A stretch of DNA of 64,000 nucleotides from Deltaproteobacteria bacterium (lineage in GTDB: Bacteria > Myxococcota > UBA727 > VGSZ01). The position numbers and the translations under genes are program-made. Below, piece after piece: positions 9,874 to 19,385 of the stretch; positions within the stretch are counted from its first letter, which is position 1; every line of letters begins with the position of its first letter. The stretch is from positions 213,604 to 277,603 of the forward strand of contig JACOUT010000002.1 in assembly GCA_016177705.1 (NCBI GenBank). Direction: 5' to 3'. Below the pieces are notes generated by a model. It was not told the DNA's origin, made no database searches, and worked only from the letters and a program-made list of their open reading frames with translations.

Positions 9874-10531
9874 CCCCTGCGCCGTCACCACCGTCGCTGC
9901 TCTGGCACTGGTCTCCGCCTGCCCGTCGCCGCCTCCCTGCCCGGAGGTGGAGGGCGGGGAGGTCTCGGTGCGGGCCGGCTTCTCCACCGAGGACGGCGAA
10001 GTGACGCTCGCCTACGACGAGCCGACGCATCTCCGCGCTATCGCGGTTGCCACGGGGCAGCTCGTCGCCTACCTCGACGTCACGGCTCCGCCGGGCGTCG
10101 AGCTGGCCATCGCGCCGAATGAAGGCGCCACCTACCTGAGCGCCGCGAACGACGAAGAACGTGCCTATGCCCGGCTGACGGACTCACGCGGCACCCTCTT
10201 CGAGGGTGGCACGTTCTTCAGCCTCGCTCCGGTCATGAACCCACCCGCCCTGGTCGAAATCGAGGAGGACGGACAGTCCACCTGCATCGCCGCGAACGGA
10301 AGCCTGACCCGAAGCGTGGTGGCCCACCTGGGCCTCGACGAGCCCATCGACCTGCGCCGCGGGGAATATGCCTACGGGGAGCTCGGGGGGATACCGGCCT
10401 TCGCCATGCTCCCCGACGCTGCCGCCGTCGACCACCGCGGCGACCCGCCGACGGAGGACGGCGCGGATGTCGACACCAGCTACGGAGGCCACTCGGCCGT
10501 GTTCCGGCTGGCGGAGGCGGCCGCTCCCTGA
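9857..10531 (+). CDS. Hypothetical lipoprotein
   Basis: AALALVSAC lipobox-like; overlaps the previous gene's 3' end; acidic. Confidence 0.6.
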   Translation: MASITNPCAVTTVAALALVSACPSPPPCPEVEGGEVSVRAGFSTEDGEVTLAYDEPTHLRAIAVATGQLVAYLDVTAPPGVELAIAPNEGATYLSAANDEERAYARLTDSRGTLFEGGTFFSLAPVMNPPALVEIEEDGQSTCIAANGSLTRSVVAHLGLDEPIDLRRGEYAYGELGGIPAFAMLPDAAAVDHRGDPPTEDGADVDTSYGGHSAVFRLAEAAAP

Positions 10532-10784
10532 GCGGGGGTGGCATGCTCGAGCGGCCCCGTGCGACCGCGCTCGAAGGGCCGGGGGGCGAGGGTGGGTCCG
10601 CCGCCGCGCCCATCCGGGCAGGACACCACACCGTTCGTTCACCACCAACCCGCCGATCGTGTCGGCGCGGCCCGCCACCGCGACAAGGGTCCGGACCGGC
10701 AAGGCGCGGAGGCGGACTCGCCCTCGCCCCCCGACCCGTCCCTCGCCTACGCCAGCTCCGTTGACGACGCGTGCGCGCAGCGGG

Positions 10785-10822
10785 TTGACCGAGATGGTCA
10801 TGAGCTCTATGATCATGACCAT
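10785..10822 (+). promoter_or_regulatory. Sigma70 promoter of TA operon with overlapping inverted-repeat operator
   Basis: TTGACC (10785-90), 17 nt, TATGAT (10808-13), 7 nt, ATG; perfect IR ATGGTCATGA (10794-803) / TCATGACCAT (10813-22). Confidence 0.85.
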
Positions 10823-11087
10823 GTCCTCGGAATGGAACGTCGCCGGCGCCAAGGCCGAGCTGTCGCGGCTGCTGCGCGAGGCGCAGCGCGAGCCGCAGGT
10901 GATCGAGAACCGTGGCCGGCCGGTCGCGGTGGTGCTCGGCGTGGACGACTACCAGGCGCTCACTGAGCGCGGCGCCGCCGTCGAGCGGTGGCAGCGACTG
11001 CTCGATACCAGCGCCGCCATTCGCGCCGCGGGCGGCGCGACACTGGTGGTCCCGCCGCGTCGTCCGCGCCGCTCGCCGTTCGCATGA
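10821..11087 (+). CDS. Phd/YefM-family antitoxin
   Basis: WNVAGAKAELSRLL...PQVIENRGRPVAVV signature; ATGA overlap with the PIN toxin. Confidence 0.9.
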   Translation: MSSEWNVAGAKAELSRLLREAQREPQVIENRGRPVAVVLGVDDYQALTERGAAVERWQRLLDTSAAIRAAGGATLVVPPRRPRRSPFA

Positions 11088-11494
11088 CCGCCCTCGTTGA
11101 CACCAACGTGCTGTCGGAGCTGCCTCGGCCGCGCCCGAACGCGAACGTGCTCAGATGGCTCGAGGGTCAGGGCGGACTCATGCTCAGCGTCGTCACGATC
11201 GAGGAGCTCGCGTTCGGCGTAGCGCGCACCCGCCCGGCCATACGGAGGCGCCTGGGTAGGTGGCTCGAGGAGCTCATCGCCGCGGCGGATCACACCTACG
11301 ACGTCACGCCGGCGATCGCGCGCGCGTCAGGCGAGCTGCGCGCGGCGCGGGAAGGCGCGGGGCGTCGGGTGGCACAGGCCGACATGTTGATCGCGGCCAC
11401 GGCGCTGGTCCACGGGCTACCGTTGGCGACGCGCAACACTCGCGACTTCCAGGGGTGCGGGATCGTCCTGGTGAACCCCTTCGGCGACTCGTAG
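11084..11494 (+). CDS. vapC: VapC PIN-domain ribonuclease toxin
   Basis: LVDTNVLSE, SVVTIEEL, ADMLIAATA, LATRNTRDF, NPF. Confidence 0.92.
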   Translation: MTALVDTNVLSELPRPRPNANVLRWLEGQGGLMLSVVTIEELAFGVARTRPAIRRRLGRWLEELIAAADHTYDVTPAIARASGELRAAREGAGRRVAQADMLIAATALVHGLPLATRNTRDFQGCGIVLVNPFGDS

Positions 11495-12193
11495 GTTGGC
11501 TGACGCCGGCACCTCGTCCGACAGCTCAGGGACGTTCCGGCCCGGCAACGCCACGCTCGCGAGCGCTCGGCGCATGCGATCGGCAAGGCGCTCCGAGGGA
11601 TGGCGCACGACGCGCAACAGGCCGAGGATGATGGCGAAGGTGCGCACGAAGCTCGGCTGCTGATAGAGCACCAGCTCGTAGCGCTTGCCGCGCGCCCAGT
11701 AGTGCAGCTCGACCACCGGCCAGAGTTGGTCCTTGCGCGCCTTGACCTCGGGCTGCTGCTCGGCGCGCACCTCGGCGCGGCCGAGCACGCCCTCGAGGGC
11801 CAACCGGCCGCTGTTCGGCACCAGCTCGAGCACCGCGATCTCGTCGGGCACACGCTTGATTCTGTGCACGGTGACCACGGGCTCGACGTTGACGAGCGCG
11901 TGCACGCCGCCTGCGCCCCGCAACGCCGAGCCGGCCCGCCGCTCGAAGCGCCGCGTCATGAAACGCACCAGCGCCACCTCGCCGAACAGATCAAAGCAGC
12001 TCGATGCCGCCGCCAGCAACATGCCGGCGAGCGCACCCGTGACGCTGCCGCGGTCGAGCGAGAACACCAGCACACCGATACCGGCGGAGATGCCGAACAG
12101 CATGCCGATGAAGCCGAACACTCGCGCCAGCTCGATGACGCCGAGGCGCACGCCAGCGTTGTCGTGGAGGGGCTCTTCGAGCGGCGTCGGCAC
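11417..12193 (-). CDS. Hypothetical membrane protein
   Basis: Several hydrophobic segments and typical codon bias; start uncertain (GTG 12193 or 12244); 3' end overlaps vapC. Confidence 0.5.
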   Translation of the reverse strand: MPTPLEEPLHDNAGVRLGVIELARVFGFIGMLFGISAGIGVLVFSLDRGSVTGALAGMLLAAASSCFDLFGEVALVRFMTRRFERRAGSALRGAGGVHALVNVEPVVTVHRIKRVPDEIAVLELVPNSGRLALEGVLGRAEVRAEQQPEVKARKDQLWPVVELHYWARGKRYELVLYQQPSFVRTFAIILGLLRVVRHPSERLADRMRRALASVALPGRNVPELSDEVPASANLRVAEGVHQDDPAPLEVASVARRQR

Positions 12194-12296
12194 GGCGGGC
12201 TCCGACCGAGATGGTCCCACGCCGCCAGGAGAGCCAGCAAACACCGACGCCGACCGCCCGCTTTCCCGCGCCGGCGCACGGTGGCAAGGAGCGCGC

Positions 12297-13148
12297 GTGG
12301 CGACGTGCCCGCACCCGATCCCCTACCAAGGCAGCAAGCGGCGCCTGGCGGCGCAAGTGCTCGCCTTCGTGCCGAACGACGTCGACACACTGTGGGAGCC
12401 CTGCTGTGGCTCGGCAGCCGTCTCGCTGGCGGCGGCGCGCGAACAGCGCGCGCGTCGCTTCGTGCTCGGCGACAGCCTGGCGCCCTTGTGCTCGCTGTGG
12501 CAGCGCATCCTCGACGAGCCGGGCGCGCTCGCCGACGAGTACCAGCGCCTGTGGTCGGCGCAGCGCGAGGCACCGCGCGCCTGGTACGACGAGGTGCGCG
12601 AGGCCTTCAACGCCGACCACGACCCGGCCAAGCTGTTGTTCCTGCTCGCGCGCTGTGTGAAGAGCGCGGTGCGCTTCAACGCCGCCGGGGCCTTCAACCA
12701 GTCGCCCGATCGTCGACGACGCGGTACGCGCCCCGAACGCATGCGCGAACACCTCCTTGGCGCGTCGGCGCTCTTGGCCGGACGCACCGAGGTGCGCGCC
12801 GGTGACTACGCACACGCGCTCGACGAGGCCACGGCCGGCGACCTCGTCTACCTCGACCCGCCCTGGCAGGGCACGAGCGGCGCGCGCGACCGCCGCTACC
12901 ACCAGCAACACGAGCGCGAGCGCTTCGTCGCCGACCTCGAGCGGCTGCTGGCGCGCGGCGTGCGTGTCGTCGTCAGCTACGACGGTCGCACGGGCGATCG
13001 CCGGTACGGCGAACCGCTGCCGGAGCGCCTGGGGCTGGTGCGCCGTGAGCTGTTCGCCGGGCGATCGACGCAGGCGACGCTGCACGGGCGCAGCAGCGAG
13101 ACCGTCGAATCGCTCTACCTGTCACCGTCGCTCGTGGGCGCCGGCTGA
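12297..13148 (+). CDS. Orphan Dam-family (D12 class) DNA adenine methyltransferase
   Basis: PIPYQGSKRRLA (motif X), WEPCCGSAAV (motif I), DLVYLDPPW (motif IV variant), SYDG; AAGGAG before GTG. Confidence 0.85.
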   Translation: MATCPHPIPYQGSKRRLAAQVLAFVPNDVDTLWEPCCGSAAVSLAAAREQRARRFVLGDSLAPLCSLWQRILDEPGALADEYQRLWSAQREAPRAWYDEVREAFNADHDPAKLLFLLARCVKSAVRFNAAGAFNQSPDRRRRGTRPERMREHLLGASALLAGRTEVRAGDYAHALDEATAGDLVYLDPPWQGTSGARDRRYHQQHERERFVADLERLLARGVRVVVSYDGRTGDRRYGEPLPERLGLVRRELFAGRSTQATLHGRSSETVESLYLSPSLVGAG

Positions 13149-13177
13149 CGACGGCTGAGGACGGCTGACGTCGGCTG
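13142..13177. repeat. 10-bp-period direct repeats (cggctgacga-like, about 3.5 copies) upstream of yebC
   Basis: cggctgacga cggctgagga cggctgacgt cggctg. Confidence 0.5.
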
Positions 13178-13224
13178 GCAGACGTGCAACAAGGCCGCGA
13201 CAGCCGCTTGTAGGAGCACCGCCG

Positions 13225-13950
13225 ATGGGACGCATCTTCGAGACGCGCAAGGCCACCATGTTCGCCCGCTGGAACAAGATGTCCAAGCAGTTCACGCGCA
13301 TTTCCAAGGACATCGTCATGGCCGTCAAGTCGGGCGGCCCCGACCCCGGCAGCAACCCCTCGCTGCGTCGGCAGATTCAGAACGCGCGCGCGCTCAACAT
13401 GCCCAAGGACAAGATCGAGGCGGCCATCAAGCGCGCCCAGGGCAAGGACACGGCCAACTACGAAGAGCTGATCTACGAGGGCTACGCGCCGCACGGCATC
13501 GCCGTGCTCGTCGTCACCGCCACCGACAACCCGACGCGCACCGTCACCAACGTGCGCACCGCGTTCGGCAAGGCGGGCGGCAACCTCGGCAGCACGGGCA
13601 GCGTCGCCTTCGCCTTCACGCGCATGGGCGTGTTCCGGCTCGACCCAGCGAGCGTCAAGGACGCCGAGCAGCTCGAGCTCGAGCTGATCGATCACGGGCT
13701 CGAGGAGATGGGCGAGGGCACGGGCGAGAAGGGCGAGAAGCAGATCGTGATCCGCTGCGCGCTCGCCAGCTTCGGCGAGATGCAGAAGGCGCTCGAGGCG
13801 CGCGGCCTGACACCGCTGTCGTCGGAGTCCGAGTTCATCCCGCAAAACCCGATGACCTTGCCGGAGGAGAAGGCCACCGAGGTGCTCGCCATGGTCGACA
13901 AGCTCGAGCAGGACGAGGACGTCCAGCAGGTCTTCCACAACCTCGGCTGA
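13225..13950 (+). CDS. yebC: YebC/PmpR-family protein
   Basis: [52 protein letters not shown]. Confidence 0.95.
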   Translation: MGRIFETRKATMFARWNKMSKQFTRISKDIVMAVKSGGPDPGSNPSLRRQIQNARALNMPKDKIEAAIKRAQGKDTANYEELIYEGYAPHGIAVLVVTATDNPTRTVTNVRTAFGKAGGNLGSTGSVAFAFTRMGVFRLDPASVKDAEQLELELIDHGLEEMGEGTGEKGEKQIVIRCALASFGEMQKALEARGLTPLSSESEFIPQNPMTLPEEKATEVLAMVDKLEQDEDVQQVFHNLG

Positions 13951-13983
13951 CCGCGCGGCACAGATGATGCAGTGGCGCGCGCC

Positions 13984-15033
13984 ATGCGCGTCATTACCCT
14001 CATCGTCGTCACGCTGCTCGCCGTGCCTGCCGCACCCTCGTGCGCGCCCACCACCTACGTGGTGGCGCCCGATCCACCGCCGCCGACGCCGCTCGATCCG
14101 TTCTTCGACGACCTCGGCCCCTATGGCGATTGGTGGTGGAACGACACCTGGGGTTGGGTGTGGAGCCCCACGGTCGGCTACGGCTGGCGTCCGTACACCG
14201 TCGGCCACTGGGTCTGGACCGCGGAGTGGGGCTGGCTCTGGGCCTCGTCCGAGCCCTTCGGGTGGGCGTGCTTCCACTATGGCCGTTGGATCTGGCTCGA
14301 CGACGCCGGCTGGGTCTGGCTGCCCGGACGCACCTGGGGGCCCGGCTGGGTGATGTGGCGCAGCGGCCCCGGCTACGTCGGCTGGGTGCCGCTCGGCCCC
14401 GGGCCGTTCCACGAGCCGCACGTGCACCTCTGGTGGTGGGTGGTCGTCGAGGAGCGGCACTTCCTGGCGCCCAACGTGGTCGAGGTCGCCGTGCCGCCCG
14501 ATCGCAACCCGGTGGTGCTTCCGAGCACGCGCGTGCTGCATCGCCCCGAGCGCGACGACGGCGCGGCGTCGCCCAACCGCGACATCGACGTGCAGGCGAT
14601 CGAGCGCGCGACCTCGACCAAGGTGCTGCCCAAGCGGGTGCTCGAGGCCAAGGACGCCGGCGCCGAGCTGCCGGACGCGGTGACCGTGCGACGTGCGCCC
14701 GACATCGGGCCCGACCGCGTCGGCGGGCGGCAGGACCTGTTCGCGCCTACGCGCGAGCTGGCGCGTGACCGGCCCGTCGACGAGCGGCCGCTCTCGGCGC
14801 CGCCCGACGACGAGCTCGAGCGCTACTTCGGCGCCGCGCGCGCGCGCCTCGACGAGCGGCAGCGCGCCGAGCAAGGCGCCCCGCCCAAGGGTGTGCCGCC
14901 CGACAAGCTGCGCGCCATGCAGGAGGACGAGCGGCGCGTGCTCGAGGAGCAGGAGCAGAAGGAGCGCGAGGCCGCCGCCAAGAAGAAGGCGCAGAAGCGG
15001 CCGGCGCTCGTCAAGAAGACCAAGAAGCGCTGA
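13984..15033 (+). CDS. DUF6600-like Trp-rich lipoprotein
   Basis: LGPYGDW, WRPYTVGHW, EPFGWACFHYGRW, WGPGWV, VGWVPLGP; charged C-terminal tail. Confidence 0.8.
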   Translation: MRVITLIVVTLLAVPAAPSCAPTTYVVAPDPPPPTPLDPFFDDLGPYGDWWWNDTWGWVWSPTVGYGWRPYTVGHWVWTAEWGWLWASSEPFGWACFHYGRWIWLDDAGWVWLPGRTWGPGWVMWRSGPGYVGWVPLGPGPFHEPHVHLWWWVVVEERHFLAPNVVEVAVPPDRNPVVLPSTRVLHRPERDDGAASPNRDIDVQAIERATSTKVLPKRVLEAKDAGAELPDAVTVRRAPDIGPDRVGGRQDLFAPTRELARDRPVDERPLSAPPDDELERYFGAARARLDERQRAEQGAPPKGVPPDKLRAMQEDERRVLEEQEQKEREAAAKKKAQKRPALVKKTKKR

Positions 15034-15042
15034 CGCTCGGGC

Positions 15043-16596
15043 TCACTGGCAGTAGCCGGGATCGATCATCCACCAGCCGCGCCGCGCGCCTGGGCTCCAC
15101 ACCACGAGCGGCCCGCCGTAGTTACACACGTGGTAGCCGTACCAGCGGCCCGCGCAGCCGGTGTTGCTGACAGCGATCTCGTCGGTGTGGCCAACCTCGT
15201 GCTGCCCGGCGCTGTAGCCGCGCGCGCGCAGCTCGGCGGTCACGGCCGCAAACCAGCTCTGGCACTTCTCCTCCGCGTTGGCGCCCGCAAACGCGCTCAG
15301 GTCACAGCTGCTCGACACGCCGCAGCCGGTGAGCGCGACCATGGCCGCGTTGACCGCGGCGTCGACCTCGGGATCGGTGTCGGTGCTGGAGGTCGCAGCG
15401 GCGATGAAGCCCTCCTCGGGCACGCCCACCGGGAAGGCCGCCGCCGACGGCTCGCTGCACTGCTCGCCGAGCACAGCGAGCGACTCGTGGAGCTGCGCCT
15501 CGGTCTGCTCGTGTCGCCAGTACCAAAAGGCCGTGCCCTGCGTGCGCGCTGCGCAGAAGCGCTGCTCGAACTGGGCAGGGGTCAGCGCGGGCGACGGGTT
15601 GTACTCGTTGACCATGCAGGGCTTGCCGAGGCACTGCGCGGCGCTCGGCGCCTGCGTCTGGTGGAACTCGAGGTAGTCGACCTCGGCGAGCTGCATGGCC
15701 GCGTCCTCGCCGGCGTTGGTGCCGAACGGGTGGCGCAGGTAGCCGTGCCGCTGCTCCTCGTCGCGGATCAGGTCGTGCATCGATCGCGTCCACTCCGCGG
15801 TGTAGCCGGCGATCAGGCTCACCTCGTTGCCGTCCTGGTACAGCACGTTGTCGAAGCGGCCGGTCTCCAACACCACCTTGCGGATCCATGCCTCGTGCAC
15901 CGAGCCGGGCGCCACCGGCTCGCTCCCTGCGGCCGAGCACAGGTCGAGCCCTTGCACGTTGAAGGCGGCGTCCCACGCGCTGTAGCCGGGGATGTCGCCG
16001 GCCTGGCAGTGTTTGATCGACCAGCCGTCGACGACGTCGATCTCGACGTACTGGCCGTGGTCGCGCGCGAGCTGCACGAGCGCGCGCACGCGCGCCCAGA
16101 ACGCGTCGTTGAATTGCGCGAGGTCCGCGCGACCGTCCACCTCGAGGTAGCCGCCACCGGTCGCCGCCCAGTCGGTCTCGCCGTTGCCGGCGGTGAGGAA
16201 CGGGCCGAGGCGCGCGTGCAGGAAGTTGCCGTCGTTGTCCGCCACCAAGGCCGACCAGGCCTCGTCGAACAGAGGCCAACCATAGCCGCCGCCGCAGCAG
16301 GAGATCGCTCCCCGCACGTCGACCACGGCGCCGTCGACGCGGACGAAACGCCCGTCCTGCGCCGATAGCGCCATCGAGGTCGGCGGCACGCCGGCGTCGG
16401 GCTCGCCGTCCGTGCCGGCGTCCGGCTCGACCTCCTCGCCGGCGTCGCGCACCGGTCCCGCGTCGCTCTGAGTGCCGGCGTCCGTGAGGTGGCCGGCATC
16501 GCCCGCCTCGGCCGGGTCGGGCTGGTCGTCGTCGACGCCCGTCGGTGTGCAGCAGACGAACGCGAGAGGAAGCACCAGCAGGGCGAGGGATCTCAT
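15043..16596 (-). CDS. Secreted/lipoprotein TIM-barrel glycoside hydrolase-like protein
   Basis: Signal ending VCC; DAG-repeat linker; YQDGNE and MVNEY putative catalytic Glu; C-terminal Cys-containing domain. Confidence 0.6.
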   Translation of the reverse strand: MRSLALLVLPLAFVCCTPTGVDDDQPDPAEAGDAGHLTDAGTQSDAGPVRDAGEEVEPDAGTDGEPDAGVPPTSMALSAQDGRFVRVDGAVVDVRGAISCCGGGYGWPLFDEAWSALVADNDGNFLHARLGPFLTAGNGETDWAATGGGYLEVDGRADLAQFNDAFWARVRALVQLARDHGQYVEIDVVDGWSIKHCQAGDIPGYSAWDAAFNVQGLDLCSAAGSEPVAPGSVHEAWIRKVVLETGRFDNVLYQDGNEVSLIAGYTAEWTRSMHDLIRDEEQRHGYLRHPFGTNAGEDAAMQLAEVDYLEFHQTQAPSAAQCLGKPCMVNEYNPSPALTPAQFEQRFCAARTQGTAFWYWRHEQTEAQLHESLAVLGEQCSEPSAAAFPVGVPEEGFIAAATSSTDTDPEVDAAVNAAMVALTGCGVSSSCDLSAFAGANAEEKCQSWFAAVTAELRARGYSAGQHEVGHTDEIAVSNTGCAGRWYGYHVCNYGGPLVVWSPGARRGWWMIDPGYCQ

Positions 16597-16829
16597 AGGC
16601 GGCGACGGTTTCATCCGCTGCACGCGCAGGCGTTCATCGCCGCGCCAAACGAGTGCGCGCCCGCGCCAGCGGCATCGAGCCACCTGCAGCGCCACACACC
16701 TCGGCGCGTGACGTGTGGCGCATTGCTGCACGCGAATGGCGCGCGTTCACCACGGAAAACACCGTGTCGACGTGGAAACGACGCACGCGCCGCTTGTGAG
16801 GTTGGATCGCATGTGCGTCGATCGCGCGC

Positions 16830-18653
16830 ATGAACCGCTTGAGCTGCACCGCCGTGCTCGCTTGCACCTTCGTGCTCTTCACCTCGATCGGCGTGCGCGC
16901 CGACGCCGCAGCCGACCTGCGCCTGCAAAAGGCGCTCGGCTACGAGGCACGTACGGCGGCCATGAGCCCGAACGGCCTGGTGCACCAGGCGGTGGTCGAC
17001 GGCGACACCGTGGTGGAGCTGCGCGCCACCTCGGACTGCGCCATCTGGACCGGCGTGCAAGCCGGCGCCGCCGCGCTGCGCTTCTCGCTCTACCGGGACG
17101 AGGCGTCGCGCGCCTCCTTGCGGCGCGCCGTGCTCGGCGTGCACCTGTTGTTTCAGGTGACCGGCGTGCCCGGCCTGTTCGGTCGCTGCGCCTGGCGCAA
17201 CGACGACGCCATCTTCGTCGACGACACCGCGGTGGTGCACCCGGGCGCGCCGCCGTTCGAGGACTACTCGTGGCGCGCGCGGGTCTCGCAAGACCAGGTG
17301 AGCGGCGTGCTGTTCGGCTACGCGCTTGCCTATGAGCTGACCGACGACGAGGAGCTGCGCGTCATCATCAGGGACGACCTGGGCGCGTTGGCGCGGCACG
17401 TACGCGATCACGACTTGCAGATCATCGACGTCGACGGCGAGCCTTCGCCCTTCACCGACTTCAACCCGACCACCGTCGAGCTGTTCGGCATCGGCGTCGG
17501 CGGCTTCCAGGCCGCCATGGCGCTGTCGCTGTTCAAGATCGCTGCGCACGTGACCGGCGACCCCGCGCTCGCGAGCTACTACCAAGACGAGCTGGTCGGC
17601 GCGCGTGGCTTCGCCGACCTGGTGCGAGACCAATTGCACGTCGAGGTGCCCGACGCGCTCCGCCTGTTCGACGCCGGCGTCGAGTGCGACACCAACTACA
17701 ACAACTACAACATGATGTTCCTGGTGATGCTGCCGCTGGCGCGCCTCGAGCAGGATCCGGCGCTGGCGGCGCTCTACCGGGACGCCATCCGCGATCACCT
17801 GTGGAACGACGAGGGTGAGCCGCCGCTCGTCGGCGCCTTCCCGCTCCCCGGCGGCGCCAATCACCGGCCCGTCCGAGGCCAACGGAATTCCTTCTGGACC
17901 TACCTGACCTATGCGGCCGGCGCCGAGGCGACCGACGAGGTCGTGCTCGGCGAGGCGCAGCACACGCTCGACGTGTTCTTCGCGCCGCCGGCGCGCGGGC
18001 CGGCCGAGGTGGACAACAGCGCGGACTTCCCGTCGCAGTGCCTCGACCGCTTCGAACAGCCCATGCACAAGGGAGCCGTCATCCCCTACGAGCGACGCGT
18101 GCCGGGCTTCTTCGCTTGGACCGGCAACCCGTACAGCGTCGCGTCGGGCGCGCCGCCCGAGGAGTTCCCCGGTGTCGACTACCAGATCGCCTACTGGCTC
18201 GGCCGCTGGACCGGGCTATTGCCGCACGGCGACGCCGACGGCGACGGGCTCGACGACGATCGGGAGCCCTACTTCGGCACCGACCCGAGCGCGGCCGACA
18301 GCGACGGCGACGGCGTCAGCGACGGCGTCGAGGTAGACGAGCTTGGCACCGATCCGACCGTCAGCGACGCGCCGCCCAGCGAAGGGGAAGGCGAAGGGGA
18401 GGGCGAGGGCGAAGGTGAAGGCGAGGGGGAAGGAGAAGGAGCGCAGCCCGCCGAGGGCGAGGGCGAGGACGGCGGCGAGGGCGAGGACGGCGACCAGGGC
18501 GCGCGCCCGCCCGGCGGCGGTGGTGACGAGGTGCCGTCCTGCGCGTGCGTGACGTCGGAGGGCGGTGAGCGCTCGCTCGCGCTCGGGCTCTTCGTGCTGC
18601 TCGCTGCGCGCGCCGCCGTGCCGCGGCGGCAGCCTCCGAAGGCCAGCGGCTGA
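16830..18653 (+). CDS. Secreted hypothetical protein (helical enzyme-like domain) with Ca-binding DxDxDG repeats, EG linker and MYXO-CTERM-like tail
   Basis: Signal peptide; DADGDGLDD and DSDGDGVSDGVE-GTDP repeats; (EG)n; SCAC + LALGLFVLL + RR. Confidence 0.75.
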   Translation: MNRLSCTAVLACTFVLFTSIGVRADAAADLRLQKALGYEARTAAMSPNGLVHQAVVDGDTVVELRATSDCAIWTGVQAGAAALRFSLYRDEASRASLRRAVLGVHLLFQVTGVPGLFGRCAWRNDDAIFVDDTAVVHPGAPPFEDYSWRARVSQDQVSGVLFGYALAYELTDDEELRVIIRDDLGALARHVRDHDLQIIDVDGEPSPFTDFNPTTVELFGIGVGGFQAAMALSLFKIAAHVTGDPALASYYQDELVGARGFADLVRDQLHVEVPDALRLFDAGVECDTNYNNYNMMFLVMLPLARLEQDPALAALYRDAIRDHLWNDEGEPPLVGAFPLPGGANHRPVRGQRNSFWTYLTYAAGAEATDEVVLGEAQHTLDVFFAPPARGPAEVDNSADFPSQCLDRFEQPMHKGAVIPYERRVPGFFAWTGNPYSVASGAPPEEFPGVDYQIAYWLGRWTGLLPHGDADGDGLDDDREPYFGTDPSAADSDGDGVSDGVEVDELGTDPTVSDAPPSEGEGEGEGEGEGEGEGEGEGAQPAEGEGEDGGEGEDGDQGARPPGGGGDEVPSCACVTSEGGERSLALGLFVLLAARAAVPRRQPPKASG

Positions 18654-18669
18654 GCGGTCGCGGCTGCGC

Positions 18670-19254
18670 TCAGGGCAGCTCGATGCGGCCAGGCGCGCCG
18701 TTGTCGCCCACCGCCGTGTGGCACGAATTGCATGCGCCGCCGGTCTGCTCGCTCGCCATCTCGCGCGTGCGCCCGTCGTAGCTGATGCGCGCCGTGAAAG
18801 GGGTGTTCCCCTCCAGTGAGGCGTTCGAGGAGAAGTTGCCCGCCGCGTTGGTCTCGAGCGTCAGGAACACGGCGCCATCGGGGCCGATCAGCTCGATTCG
18901 CGCCCCCGGGATGCCGCGGCAGTCGTCCTCGTCGTCGAGCGCGCCCGCCACTGTGCCGGCCACCGTGAACGTCGGCCCCTCGCCACGGCTCGCGTGGCAG
19001 GCGATGCAGTTGCCGCCGGGGTGCATCGCCGAGGAGCCACGGTCACCGCGAGTCCACCACTGGCCGGTCGCACATGCATCACCCACGGCGCCGTCGGGCG
19101 GCGTTTCGGCATAGCCCGACGGCGGCGGCCCGACGTCGGGTAGCTCGCGCTCGCCCTCACCCTCCCCTTCGCCCTCGCCCGCGGGGACGGACGGGCACCC
19201 TGCGACGGCCCCGAGCACAGCCACCGTGACGACGACGATCGAACCTCGAACCAT
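18670..19254 (-). CDS. Di-heme c-type cytochrome lipoprotein
   Basis: VAGC lipobox; two CxxCH motifs (CIACH, CNSCH); GGAGGAG ribosome-binding site. Confidence 0.75.
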   Translation of the reverse strand: MVRGSIVVVTVAVLGAVAGCPSVPAGEGEGEGEGERELPDVGPPPSGYAETPPDGAVGDACATGQWWTRGDRGSSAMHPGGNCIACHASRGEGPTFTVAGTVAGALDDEDDCRGIPGARIELIGPDGAVFLTLETNAAGNFSSNASLEGNTPFTARISYDGRTREMASEQTGGACNSCHTAVGDNGAPGRIELP

Positions 19255-19385
19255 GCGCTCCTCCAGCCCTCGCGTGACGTAGCCAACGGCCGGTCGGTTG
19301 GCGAGTGATTTCAGGCCTGACAGCCCCCCTGCGTCGACTCGTCGCACCCCCTTCAACCTGTCGGCGCCGGTACTACGGTCGAGCG

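Noticed and set aside
7909..11494. Bona fide mobile element or prophage around the island
   Set aside because: No integrase, transposase, tRNA or flanking direct repeats were seen.
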